DNA from: Octopus sinensis
Lineage: Eukaryota
DNA length: 64,000 bases
Assembly (NCBI RefSeq): GCF_006345805.1
Contig: NC_043006.1
Span: 6,386,001-6,450,000 of the forward strand
Reading direction: 5' to 3'
Under the pieces are notes generated by a model, which saw nothing but the letters and a program-made list of their open reading frames with translations, was not told where the DNA came from and did not search any database. Both the position numbers and the translations under genes were made by a program. Positions 11,860-24,485 of the stretch are shown in pieces (position 1 is the first letter of the stretch; every line of letters starts with the position of its first letter).

Positions 11860-13157
11860 TATAGTTTTAGTAAGTAGGAAGGCAAACTCACCACACACCC
11901 CTTCAGGTAGGTGGCCCTGCTCGATCTGTAGAAAAGGTGTAGGTAGAAACTCCATAAGATGTACCCAGTGTAAGCTATGGACACAAGAAGTGCAGCAATA
12001 TCAAAGGAAAATTAGCCGAGAAGATAGCTTTCGTGTGTGGCAGATGCACAGGGACAATTGACACCATTGATACTCAGAAAACAGATTCCATTACACTCCT
12101 TGGGGAGGATTTAGAAGTAGTTGATAGTTTCTGCTACCTAGGTGACCAAGTTAGTAGCAGGGGGTGGATGCTCAGAGAGCGTTACCGCTAGAATAAGAAT
12201 CGCCTGGGCTAAGTTCAGGAAGCTTCTTCCCCTACTGGCGACAAAGGGTCTCTCGCTCAGAGTGAAAGGTAGATTGTACGATGCATGTGTGCGAACTGCC
12301 ATGCTTCACGGCAGTGAAACATGGGCTGTGATTGCGGAGGACATGCGTAGGCTTGAAAAAAAAAATGAAGCTAGCATGATCCGCTGGATGTGTAATGTCA
12401 GTGTCCATGCATGACAGAGTGTAAGCGCCCTGAGAGAAATGTTGGGCATAAGAAGCATTGGATGCAGCGTGCAGGAGAGACGATTGCGTTGGTATGGTCA
12501 TGTACTACGGATGGATGAGGAGAGATGTGTGAAGAAGTGCCACTCCTAAACTGTTGAAGGAATCCGGGGTAAAGGTAGACCCAGGAAGACATCGGACGAG
12601 GTGGTCAAGCATGACCTTCGTACTTTGAGTCTTACAGAGGCTATGACGAAAGACCGAGACCTCTGGAGATATGCCGTGACTTCGAAGACCCGACAAATGA
12701 AGTGAGTTCATGGCTCCCAGGACGGCCTGCTGTACTAACCTTGGTTCGTATAGTGACCCGCTGTTCTTGAGGAGACCTATTGAGTCAAGTACATCAACAT
12801 CAAAATAAAAATTCAAATGGAAATTGTAGTTAAGACACCCGTGCCGGTGACACGTAAAAAGCACCGTCCGAACATGGCAGATGCCAGTGCCGCTTGACTG
12901 GCGTCCGTGTCGGTGACACATAAAAGCACCAACCAATCGTGGCTGTTTGCCAGCCTGCTCTGCCCCTGTGCCGATGGCACGTAAAAAACACCCACTACAC
13001 TCAGGGAGTGGTTGGCATTAGGAAGGGCATCAAGCTGTAGAAACACTGCCAAATCCGACTAGAGCCTGGTGCAGCCTCCATGGCTTACCAGACCCCGGTC
13101 GAACTGTCCAACCCATGCTAGCTTGGAAAACGGACGTTAAATGATGATGATGATGAT
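11860..13157 (+). mobile_element. RTE-type LINE 3' fragment with 3' UTR and (GAT)n tail
   Basis: [40 protein letters not shown]; ends ggacgttaaatgatgatgatgatgat. Confidence 0.88.
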
Positions 13158-13223
13158 ATAAATTTTTTTTCGTATTGAGATAAAATGCCAAGGCTGTGTA
13201 GATTTTAGAACATTTATAGATAG

Positions 13224-13271
13224 GTCTTACAGCCGTTTCCAGAATATTTATTCTATCCCTTCATCGGAGAC
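13224..13271 (-). ncRNA. Minimal type I hammerhead ribozyme motif
   Basis: GUCU-CCGAUGA-A-GGGAUA/UAUUCU-G-GAAAC-GGCU-GUA-AGAC; U4C core variant. Confidence 0.7.
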
Positions 13272-13596
13272 GGTGTGAGAAGATGGTTAAGAAATAGTTA
13301 ATTTAGATAAGATATGAAATAGAGAGTGAGGTGGAAGAATGAAAATAGATGTGAGATATGTAAGGATATTGCATTTGTAGATCCATTATTTAGGCAGAAT
13401 GGTATACATATATGATTCCAATACCTTATGGATTTTACTCATAAGGTATTGGAATCTTAAATGTATACCATTCTGCCAAAATAATGGATCTACAAATACA
13501 ATATCTTTGTATATCTCACATCTATTTTCATTCCACCACCTTACTCTATTTCTTATCTTATCTAAATTAGCTATTGCTTAACCATCCTCTCACACC

Positions 13597-13644
13597 GTTT
13601 CCGATGAAGGGATATAATAAATATCCCGGAAACAGCTGTAAGAC
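13597..13644 (+). ncRNA. Minimal type I hammerhead ribozyme motif
   Basis: GUUU-CCGAUGA-A-GGGAUA/UAUCCC-G-GAAAC-AGCU-GUA-AGAC; stem III ACAGCUGU is palindromic. Confidence 0.75.
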
Positions 13645-13707
13645 CTATTTATAAATATTCTAAAATCTACACAGCCTTGGGTTTTTTAAATCTCATTACG
13701 CAAAAGT

Positions 13708-13797
<90 letters not shown>

Positions 13798-13879
13798 TTA
13801 ATAGTAGGGAATATAAAATTCCAAGGCAACAGGGGAAAAGAAAGTCAATTTAATAATACTAAATCGAAATATAGTAATA

Positions 13880-14452
13880 TTTTTTCTATGAATAATTTTG
13901 GAGTTGGTTATTCTACTACTAATAACGTTGATAACATTATCTCTTCCTTTAATAGATATAAGCTGAATAAGTTGTTTTACATAAAAAAATTAAATAACTT
14001 TAAGAAATTGTACATGCAGAGATAAGACAAATTGTAAATTTAAAAATAAATGTAATTTCGATGACGTAGTATATAAATGTGTAGTGACTCTGATAGACGA
14101 TAATGCTAATAAGAATAATTATAATTTAAATCCGATTTACGTAGAGTCGACATCTAATAAAATTAAACAAAGGGTGGCCCAACACATGCATTCTTTTAAA
14201 AATAAACAATTGATTAATTCGACTGGCCTTAGCAAATATATATGGGAATTGAAATCTAAAGCAATTAAGTACAACTTAAATTGGGAGATAGTTTGTAAAA
14301 CCAAATCTAAGAGAATAGGTAATAAGTTTTGTTTACTATGTACAAACGAATTTATGGAAATATTACAATCTAATGCAAAATTAATTAATTCTCAGGACGA
14401 GAGAAAAATAAAATGTAGACATAAATTGAATTACTTATATAAGTTTAGTTAA
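13880..14452 (+). mobile_element. Penelope-like element, GIY-YIG endonuclease C-terminus
   Basis: GVGYSTTNNVDNII, CTCRDKTNC..KC, VVYKCVV...IYVESTS, LSKYIWELK, CLLCTNE, CRH: the linker and GIY-YIG layout of Neptune/Nematis-type PLEs. Confidence 0.85.
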
Positions 14453-15552
14453 TTTTGAATACATTTAAGCCCTAATTTAGATTACTAATTATATAATCAT
14501 AATTAGTAATAGTATAACGAGTATATATTAGCTGTAGATTATGTAGGTTACGTACATAACTAGAATATGATTTAACTAAGAGGTTTATAAAATAAGCAAA
14601 TAGATTGGTGAATATGTAACAATTTGCGGGCAATCAGCTTATTCTATGGATTTTGCATAACGTTTTAGTTTTAGATAAATGTGAACTTAGAAATACTTCC
14701 CAGTAAACGCCTTATTACATCACGTTTATCTCTTACTTTTATCGTTAAAATACATATTTCTGTTCATTTTCCCTGTATTAATTATTTACGTCATATTTTT
14801 AATTCATAGAATTTTTTTGCAACGCCAAAATTTTAGTTTAACGGTTAAAATTTCAATTTGCAACGTTATAATACATATTTCTACTTATTAGTCCTAAAAT
14901 TATTATTTACGTATTGATTTGAAGTGATAGAATTCTTAAAACGATTAATTATCAAAGTTTTAACCCGGATTTAGTCTAATTTTAGTTTATTTTAATTTTA
15001 ATTCCAAATTTCTAAATTATAAATGTTAAATTATAAGTTTAATTTTTAATTTAAAGTCTGAAATTCCATTTTACTGACATAAATAATGTTTTTAATTTTC
15101 ATGAATATCGTTAAATTTTATCTGATTATTTAGTTATTTAAATAAATTAACCACGTAAATTAATTTTTCCTTCATATATTTTTCCGATTTTTCCTATTTT
15201 CAGTTTTTTTTTTCAAATTATCTCCCCTACGCTGGAAATCTTTTAAATAGAGGATATAATTTTTCTCTAATAATGGTATTCATTAATAAGAATTATCCCC
15301 CATACATTGGAAATCATAAATAAAGGACATAATTTATTCAGTAGCCATGTTTAATTTGCGGATTTAACTGGTACTCATCAATAAGATAACTTATGCTTCA
15401 ATGTTAAATTAAATTGTTTCAATGTTGATAAATTATCATGTTCAAAACAGAAGGTGTAAGTTTGAAATTAAAACTGTATATTAATTTGTTATAATGTACA
15501 AGGTTCATTAATTTCAGTGGTGGTCGACAAGCCATACTGAAAAAAAAACGAA

Positions 15553-16030
15553 TACGAGGATACGGCAAAATGTTTGTCTCTGTGTGTGTGTTTATCCTTT
15601 ATACAAATTCACAATTTTTCAGTTAGAGGGCTCGCATTTTCTATGGTCATTCAAAACCGTCCAAGTGTGGTTGTGAAGATCTTTTCATTTCCCCAGTTAC
15701 CCCTGAAAGCCATTAAAAAAAAATCGATAAACCGACCCCTTATGTTTCAGGTAACGAAAGTCTTTAATACAAGGGACGTAACTCCAGCAGTTTAATCTAA
15801 AGATATTAAACCATAGCAAGAGAAATGACTCTTTAAATCTCTGCATTTCCCTCCCTTTGTTATGTATCACACCTCTTTGGCTTTCAAACGTGCATGCATT
15901 TTTGATTTGCGAAATGCAGGGAATAATTAACGAGTTAGACCAAGTGAATGACGAGAGAGCGGGATTTTCATGAAAGACCAAATATGCTTGACTAGCACTA
16001 GACCCAGCAACGCCGGGTCATAGTGCTAGT
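15553..16030 (-). mobile_element. Second Helitron/Helentron-like family
   Basis: Minus-strand start ACTAGCACTATGACCCGGCGTTGCTGGG resembles the H1 5' end; 3' part has cacacacagagacaaaca. Confidence 0.4.
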
Positions 16031-16879
16031 TGTATTTATAAAATTGCATTAGAATTTGTGAAGGCACATGACTTAGTGGTTAGGGTACTTGGCTCATGAT
16101 CATGAGTTCAGTTCCTGCGGTGAATTGTATCCTTGAGCGAGTCACTTTATTTCACGTTGCTCCAGTCCACTAGCAAAGACAAGTTGTGCCTGTATTTCAA
16201 AGGGCCAACCTTTTCACATTCTGTATCATGCCGAATCTCCCCTGAAAACTACATTATCGATACGCATGTTTATGGAGTGCTCAGCCTCTTGCACGTTAGT
16301 TTCACGATCAGACCGTTCCGTCGATCGGAATCAATTGGAATGCTCGTCGTCGCAAGTGACGGAGTGCCAGCTAGCTAGTATTGGGATTTAAATCGTATTT
16401 ATATAATATTGCTTTAGTCTGTGATCGATAATCTAAATAATCAATAATCCCGGATTTATTTTCAGGTAAGAAGGAAACCAATATTTACCCTAACGATGTC
16501 ACCGAGAGATCAATCAAAAACGAGGAAAGCGACCTTTCGATCACTTAATTTAGCTTTTATCATCATTTTCATGTTTGCTTCCCTCGCTGGCATGGTTGGA
16601 AAGTTCTGGAGGACCACAGATTCTGTTTTCATTCATAACAACTTCAGAATATTCATTTCTACTCTAGGCACAAGGCTCTAAATTTTTGGGGAGGGGGGCC
16701 AGTCGATTAGATCGACCCCAGTACGCAACTGGTACTTAATGTATCTAACCCGAAAGGATGAAAGGCAAAGTCGACCTGGGCGGAATTTGAACTCGGAACG
16801 TAACGGCAGACGAAATACGGCTAAGCATTTCGCCCGGCGTGTCAACGATTCTGCCAGCCCCTCGCCGCCTTAAACTGCT

Positions 16880-17190
16880 TCAGAATATTACAGAAGAAAG
16901 GAGAGTGATGGAAGGATGAGTGATAGGGGGAATGAGGGGTGAGGATTAAATGTTGCAAGTATGTGTGTGGGGTGTGAGTGGTAAAATGAGAGATAGATAT
17001 AAACAAGGGTGGGGGTGGTTGGTGGTTTGGTGAGGGATGGAGTGAAGAACCTAGTTGTCCCGTTGGTGGTAAAATGAGATGTTCCTACTTAAGGGCTTCT
17101 AAGGATCTCTTTATTTTTATGAAACTGAAAACCAAACTCTTGCATGTTCGTAGCTTCACAACCTACAACTCCAAGACTCTACCAATACTT
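16880..17190 (-). mobile_element. Penelope-like 3' fragment
   Basis: EHLI...GTT remnant resembling the GIY-YIG C-terminal E..LIF.LGT motif, followed by a pyrimidine-rich UTR. Confidence 0.4.
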
Positions 17191-18499
17191 TGTAAGATGC
17201 CGTTAGAGGCGCAATCACCCAGTGGTTAAGCCAGCGGACTCGCGGTCGTAGGATCGCGGTTTCGATTACTAGACCGGGAATTGTGAGTGTTTATTGAGCG
17301 AAAACACCTAAAAGCTCCACGAGGCTCCGGCAGGGGATGGTGGTGACCCCTGCTGTACTCTTTCACCACAACTTTCTCTCACTCTTACTTCCTGTTTCTG
17401 TTGTACCCGTATTTCAAAGGGCCGGCCTTGTCACTCTCTGTGTCACGCTGAATATCCCCGAGAACTACGTTAAGGGTACACGTATCTGTGGAGTGCTCAG
17501 CCACTTACACGTTAATTTCACGAGCAGGCTGTTCCGTTGATCGGATCAACCGGAACCCTCGTCGTCGTAACCGACGGAGTGCTTCCAAGATGCTGTTAAA
17601 ATTTAAACCGCTGGTTCATTAAGCTCTTAAAATTATGCAATTACCACTACATAAAAAAAATTAGAATTATCAATAAAATAAATCTTTAAAAATTAGTTAT
17701 TTAAAATACACTATCAAGCACTTTTGTTCTTTAAATACTTATTTTATTGAATAGACTTTCTTTAAATATAAACATATATATTGAAATGTCAATTGCTTAT
17801 GTCTGCCTTATAGCGATTGATATATTTGAAATTAAATTGTAAAATAATCTATATGAAGAATAGCAAAGTGACGGATATTAAAGCAAAATAGTTTTTATAT
17901 TATAAGAAGAAAAATAGATTATATTTTTAAATTAAGCTCAGCAATTCAATAATAAAAATGAATAACTATGTCTGCTCTTCTGCGGCTTTGTGTCTGAACA
18001 ACAAAACTTGAATCTGTTATTGTTTTTTTAGGAGCACTCCGTCGGTTACGACGATGAGGGTCCCAGCTGATACGATCAACGGAACAGCTTGCTCGTGGAA
18101 TTAGCGTGCAAGTGGCTGAGCATTCCACAGACACGTGTACCCTTAACGTAGTTCTCGGGGATATTCAGCGTGACACAGAGTGTGACAAGGCTGAACCTTT
18201 GAAATACAGGTACAACAGAAACAGGAAGAAAGAGTGAGAGAAAGTTTTGGTGAAAGAGTACTGCAGGGATCACCACTATCCCCTGCCGGAGCCTCGTGGA
18301 GCTTTTAGGTGTTTTCGCTCAATAAACACTCACAATTCCCGGTCTGGGAATCGAAACCGCGATCCTACGGCCGCGAGTCCGCTGCCCTAACCACTTGGTC
18401 ATTGCGCCTCCACAATCTGTTATTGTAATAACTGTATCGACATATTTACTGTTTGCTTTTAGTAATAAGAATGTGTTTTCGAATGGCACAATGTTCTTG

Positions 18500-18580
18500 T
18501 GTGTCATTGTGCCATCTTCAGTCTGAAACCGCTTATGTGCCATTGTGCCATCTCCACTCTGAAACCGCTTATGTGCCATT
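18500..18580 (+). repeat. 36-bp tandem repeat, ~2.2 copies
   Basis: tgtgccattgtgccatct(t/c)ca(g/c)tctgaaaccgctta twice. Confidence 0.85.
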
Positions 18581-20046
18581 TATTCGTTTCAGTTTTTATC
18601 TGTATCAAGTCGAAAGGGCTTAATACTTATTTCTTTACTGCCCACAAGGGGCTATTTCTGGAGCAACGTGAAATAAAGTGTTTTGCTCAAGAACACAACG
18701 CATCGTTCGGTCCAGGAATCGAAACCACAATCTTACGATCATGAGTCCAACACCCTAACCACTAAGCCACGCGCCTCCACAAAGGGCTTAATACTTATGT
18801 AAGTCCTACTAATCCTCATGCAAATGCATGCGGATTTGTAGGACTGACAAACTCATTTGCTAATAACTACACACACACACACACAACACACACACACACA
18901 CACGTTTCTTTATTACCCACAAGGGGCTAAACACAGAGGGGACAAACAAGGGCAGACAAACGGATTAAGTCGATTACATTGACCCCAGTGCGTAACTGGT
19001 ACTTAATTTACCGACCCCGAAAGGATGAAAGGCGAAGTCGATCTCGGCGGAATTTGAACTCAGAACGTAACGGCAGACGAAATACATATTTCTTTATTGC
19101 CCACAAGGGGCTAAACACAGAGGGGACAAACAAGGACAGACATAGGTATTAAGTCGATTACATCGACCCCAGTGCGTAACTGGCACTTAATTTACCGACC
19201 CCGAAAGGATGAAAGGCAAAGTCGATCTCGGCGGAATTTGAACTCAGAACGTAACGGCAGACGAAATACGGCTACGCATTTCGCCCGGCGTGCTAACGTT
19301 TCTGCCAGCTCGCCGCCTTACACACACAACACACACACACACCACACACACACACGCACACACACACGTTTGTGCTTAAAGAAGGAATGTATTAAAAAAA
19401 ATAAAGATAATGTTTACAGAATAAAAGAAGCATATTGCAATTAATTCGGTGTTTTAATGATCAGTATCACCGAAATGTTGACGAAATTCCGTTCTAGAAA
19501 TAAAGAATTATTAGAAAACGTGTCAGTACCCCTTTTAATGTTATTTGTCTTTTTGAAGAATTTGAACATGTTTACATATTATCACTTACAGAATTTCCAA
19601 CTGGATTTTTGGATCCCCTGGAAACTGACAATAAATCTCTGTTAAGGTCGACTTTGCCTTTCATCCTTTCGGGGTCGATAAATTAAGTACCAGTTACGCA
19701 CTGGGGTCGATATAATCGACTTAATCCGTTTGCCTGTCCTTGTTTGTCCTCTCTGTGTTTGGCCCCTTGTGGGTAGTAGAGAAAAAACAAATAAATATCT
19801 GTTAAGTTCACCAGAAACATCGTAGATATTCATGTGTGAGTTCAGAAATGAGGAATAATAACTGAAGTTGAAAGGTTAATTTCGTAGAGAGAGAGAGGCA
19901 CAGCTTAGCAATAGAAGTGGTGCCAATGAGAGAGAAGCCAAAGATTTAAGATAATGGAGGAAGATCAAAGTTTGAACAGAAAGGAAGACAGTTATGATAT
20001 TTAATAGAGTAGAAGGATTTGAATTACTTGTAACATGTATAGATAC

Positions 20047-20344
20047 GTGGAGGCGCAATGGCCTAGTGGTTAGGGCAGCGGACTCGCGGTCGCAGGATCG
20101 CGGTTTCGATTCCCAGACCGGGCGTTGTGAGTGTTTATTGAGCGAAAACACCTAAAAGCTCCACGAGGCTCCGGCAGGGGGTGGTGGTGATCCCTGCTGT
20201 ACTCTTTCACCACTCTTTCTTCTGTTGGCTTGCTCGCTTAGCCAGCGGGGTGGGCGTCATTCGAAGGCTAAAACAATGCGAAGCGTATTGTGACCAGCGA
20301 TGTGTAACAACCTCTGATGGTCTGGTCGGTCACGTGATCACGTG
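20047..20344 (+). mobile_element. SINE with C head and a different body (C2), 12-bp TSD
   Basis: TSD atgtatagatac at 20035-20046 and 20345-20356; tail cacgtgat repeats. Confidence 0.85.
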
Positions 20345-21010
20345 ATGTATAGATACAGCTACGATTACATTAAAATGGGGAGGCGACTCAGAATAGTATC
20401 TCAAAAAAACCATACAAATATACTGCTACGATGATATTAAAATACTGTGAAGCAAATAGAGATGGGTAGGAAGTTGGATAAAAAACAATACTTCAAAGAA
20501 TTACTCGTATGGATAAAGTTACGATAACAGATTAGAGTATTGTAGTTTAGATGTAGAGCGCCAGAAGGTAGGGAAGGATCATTATATAGAAATACATTAT
20601 TGCATCCATATAAGATTAGTTAATCTTATATATAGGCGCAGGAGTAGCTGTGTGGTAAGTAGCTTGCTTACCAGCCACATGGTTCGGGGTTCAGTCCTAC
20701 TGCATGGCAACTTGGGCAAGTGTCTTCTGCTATAGCCTCGGGCCGACCAAAGTTTTGTGAGTGGATTTGGTAGACAGAAACTGGAAGAAGCCTGTCGTAT
20801 ATATGTATATATATGTATGTATGTGTATATGTTTGTGCGTCTGTGTTTGCCCCCCCCCCCCACATCGCATGACAACCGATGCTGGTGTGTTTACGTCCCC
20901 GTAACTTAGCGATTCGGCAAAAGTATAGAATAAGTACTAGGCTTACAAAGAATAAGTCCTGGGGTCGATTTGCTCGACTAAAGGCGGTGCTCCAACATGG
21001 CCGCAATCGA

Positions 21011-21906
21011 ATGACTGAAACAAGTAAAAGAGTAAAGAGTAAAGCGTCAAGCCATAAATACAAATCATTGTTATTTTTCTGATTAAAGAAACATGATTAA
21101 GCAATAACGAATCTCTTCATTCTCAAAGCGTTCTGGAAGATTCGAACGTGGATATGCTGATTGCTATTGTCTTCGGCGAACATCCCCTCCCTTTAGATAA
21201 TACTAGCAGTATCGCCCGGCGTTGCTCGGGTTTGTAAGGGAAATAACTATATAAGCATTTTTAGAGAGTTATAGCCAAAAAATAGCAAAAAAATGCATTA
21301 AAAATGGAAAAAAATGATGGTAAATTATTTTAAAAATCGTAGACTTATCGTAGACGCGCGCTAATACCCAGAAGGGCTCGATATGAATCACGACTATAAG
21401 GTACCCGGTTTTGATTAAACTGCACCGCAAAATGTGGGAGTAGTTAGGAATCTAAATCGGAGTAGACAGACACACAACCTTACTTTTATATATAAAGATG
21501 TGTTCACAATACACGCTGTTCATTGATGTAAGGGAACTTTGAAACACCGCAGTCTTTTGACAATATTGTGCGTCTATCTCTTCAGCGAAAGGTATCTCAG
21601 ATCAAGGAATCCAAATGAAATTAACGGCTCGATTTGTGTTGATGTCGACCAAACTGATAATAATTAATGAGGTGTACGCAAAGAGCAAGAATCCAAACAC
21701 TACGTATCTATTAATTCTCAATATAGGCGTAGGAGTGGCTGTGCGGTAAGTAGCTTGCTTACGAACCACATGGTTCCGGGTTCAGTTCCGCTGCGTGGCA
21801 CCTTGGGCAAGTGTCTTCTTCTATAGCCTCGGGCCGACCAAAGCCTTGTGAGTGGATTTGGTAGACGGAAACTGAAAGAAGCTCGTCCTATATATGTATA
21901 TATATA

Positions 21907-21963
<57 letters not shown>

Positions 21964-23035
21964 CGTGTGTGTATATGTTTGTGTCTGTGTTTGCCCCCCC
22001 CCAACATCGCTTGACAACCGATGGTGGTGTGTTTACGTCCCCGTAACTTAGCGGTTCGGCAAAAGAGACCGATAGAATAAGTACTAGGCTTACAAGAATA
22101 AGTCCTGGGGTCGATTTGCTCGCCTAAATGCGGTGCTCCAGCAAGGCCACAGTCAAATGACTGAAACAAGTAAAAGAGTAAAGAGTAAAGCGTCAAGCCA
22201 TAAATACAATCATTGTTATTTTTCTGATTAAAGAAACATGATTAAGCAATAACGAATCTCTTCATTCTCAAAGCGTTCTGGAAGATTCGAACGTGGATAT
22301 GCTGATTGCTATTGTCTTCGGCGAACATCCCCTCCCTTTAGATAATACTAGCAGTATCGCCCGGCGTTGCTCGGGTTTGTAAGGGAAATAACTATATAAG
22401 CATTTTTAGAGAGTTATAGCCAAAAAATAGCAAAAAAATGCATTAAAAATGGAAAAAAATGATGGTAAATTATTTTAAAAATCGTAGACTTATCGTAGAC
22501 GCGCGCTAATACCCAGAAGGGCTCGATATGAATCACGACTATAAGGTACCCGGTTTTGATTAAACTGCACCGCAAAATGTGGGAGTAGTTAGGAATCTAA
22601 ATCGGAGTAGACAGACACACAACCTTACTTTTATATATAAAGATGTGTTCACAATACACGCTGTTCATTGATGTAAGGGAACTTTGAAACACCGCAGTCT
22701 TTTGACAATATTGTGCGTCTATCTCTTCAGCGAAAGGTATCTCAGATCAAGGAATCCAAATGAAATTAACGGCTCGATTTGTGTTGATGTCGACCAAACT
22801 GATAATAATTAATGAGGTGTACGCAAAGAGCAAGAATCCAAACACTACGTATCTATTAATTCTCAATATAGGCGTAGGAGTGGCTGTGCGGTAAGTAGCT
22901 TGCTTACGAACCACATGGTTCCGGGTTCAGTTCCGCTGCGTGGCACCTTGGGCAAGTGTCTTCTTCTATAGCCTCGGGCCGACCAAAGCCTTGTGAGTGG
23001 ATTTGGTAGACGGAAACTGAAAGAAGCTCGTCCTA

Positions 23036-23106
<71 letters not shown>

Positions 23107-23325
23107 CGTGTGTGTATATGTTTGTGTCTGTGTTTGCCCCCCCCCAACATCGCTTGACAACCGATGGTGGTGTGTTTACGTCCCCGTAACTTAGCGGTTC
23201 GGCAAAAGAGACCGATAGAATAAGTACTAGGCTTACAAAGAATAAGTCCTGGGGTCGATTTGCTCGCCTAAATGCGGTGCTCCAGCAAGGCCACAGTCAA
23301 ATGACTGAAACAAGTAAAAGAGTAA
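21011..23325 (+). repeat. Tandem duplication, unit ~1145 bp
   Basis: Offsets of 1144-1146 at several landmarks (21203/22348, 21726/22871); copies differ only by 1-nt indels and the (TA)n tract. Confidence 0.95.
21202..21499 (+). mobile_element. H1 Helitron/Helentron-like element (short variant); duplicated at 22347-22644
   Basis: Same termini, single internal block; second copy is part of a tandem duplication. Confidence 0.6.
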
Positions 23326-24485
23326 GAGAGTAAAAGAATACTCTGGCAAATTCCGAACGTGGTTAGGTTGAAGGGAGGAGGTGGTTTCCGAAGACGAAAT
23401 ACGACAGCGATCAGTTTTTCCTCGTATCGAATCTGCTAGAACGTATTAATAACGAATATTTATTATTTGGATTCTCGCTGTTTTACGTGCCCCAAACGAA
23501 ACATGATTGAAGTTCTGAGAAAGGTATATCAATTTGCATGCATTATCCTCCGAGTTTATATATTTTTCCCGTTTCGAGTAATTTATTTCGCTATCCGATC
23601 ATTGTAGTCATAACGGGCGTATAGTGACCCCCTTCGGTCATGAATGACCATGGGATTGCACCTAGAAAGTTACCCTCCGAGGCACAAGTCTGGGCAAGGT
23701 TGTTTACGGAAGACCAGCAGTCGCTCATGCATACTGGCCTCCTCTCTCCACGCCACCGATGTTATCCAACGGAAAGGCAAAGGGGCCGATACAGCTTGGC
23801 ACCTGTGACGTCGCAGCTCATTTATTAACGTGCAAGTGGCTGAGCACTCCACAGACACGTGTATCATTAACATATTTCTCTGGGAGATTCAGCGTGACAC
23901 AGAGTGTGACAAGGCTGGCCCTTTGAAATACAGGTACAACAGAAACAGGAAGAAAGAGAGAAAGTTGTAGTGAAAGAATACAGCAGGGTTCACTACCAGC
24001 CCCTGCCGGAGCCTCGTGGAGCATTAGGTGATTTCACTCAATAAACACTCACAATGCCCGGTCTGGGAATCGAAACCGCGATCCTACGACCAAGAGTCTG
24101 CTGCCCTAAAGGTCAATCGTAAACTCATAATTTTAGACGGAAAATACAACACGAGCATAAAACGAATGACCAGATATGATCTTACAGTTTATTGACCGTT
24201 GATTTTTGGGGTTACGTAAAGATCAGCCAACACATTGCACATTTACAACTTTGTTACAGAAAATATCACATTTGGGAAGTTTTTAGTCTTCGTTGATCAT
24301 TTTTCGGTCATCTTTTTTCTCTCAGTAAGTTTAAAGATAAAAAAAGGCAGTCTCAAAGGACAACGTTTTAAATTCCTCGCTTCAAGTTATGTCAAAGAAG
24401 AGAAGAGGTGAACATTTAAATTAGAATGGAATAAAAATCATTTCGGATTTGTTAACATCACGAAATATTGTCTGATTTAATAACT

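Larger units (their letters stand above)
13166..13705. repeat. Imperfect palindrome, ~265-bp arms, 9-nt loop (13431-13439)
   Basis: gattccaataccttatg-gattttact-cataaggtattggaatc at the centre; complementarity extends to both ends. Confidence 0.93.

Noticed and set aside
11423-12061. Long YIYI/CVCV/THTH ORFs here and at 2.2, 22, 35.9-36.6, 39, 40.6, 46.8, 50.4 and 59 kb
   Set aside because: They are translations of (TA)n, (TG)n and (CA)n microsatellites, which lack stop codons.
21120-21190. CCGAAGA...CGAA motif as a hammerhead
   Set aside because: Stems I-III cannot be formed; better explained as an old inverted end.
24260-24324. Possible 65-nt exon (cag...gtaagt) reading NITFGKFLVFVDHFSVIFFLS
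   Set aside because: Isolated, with no homology recognised and no partner exons.
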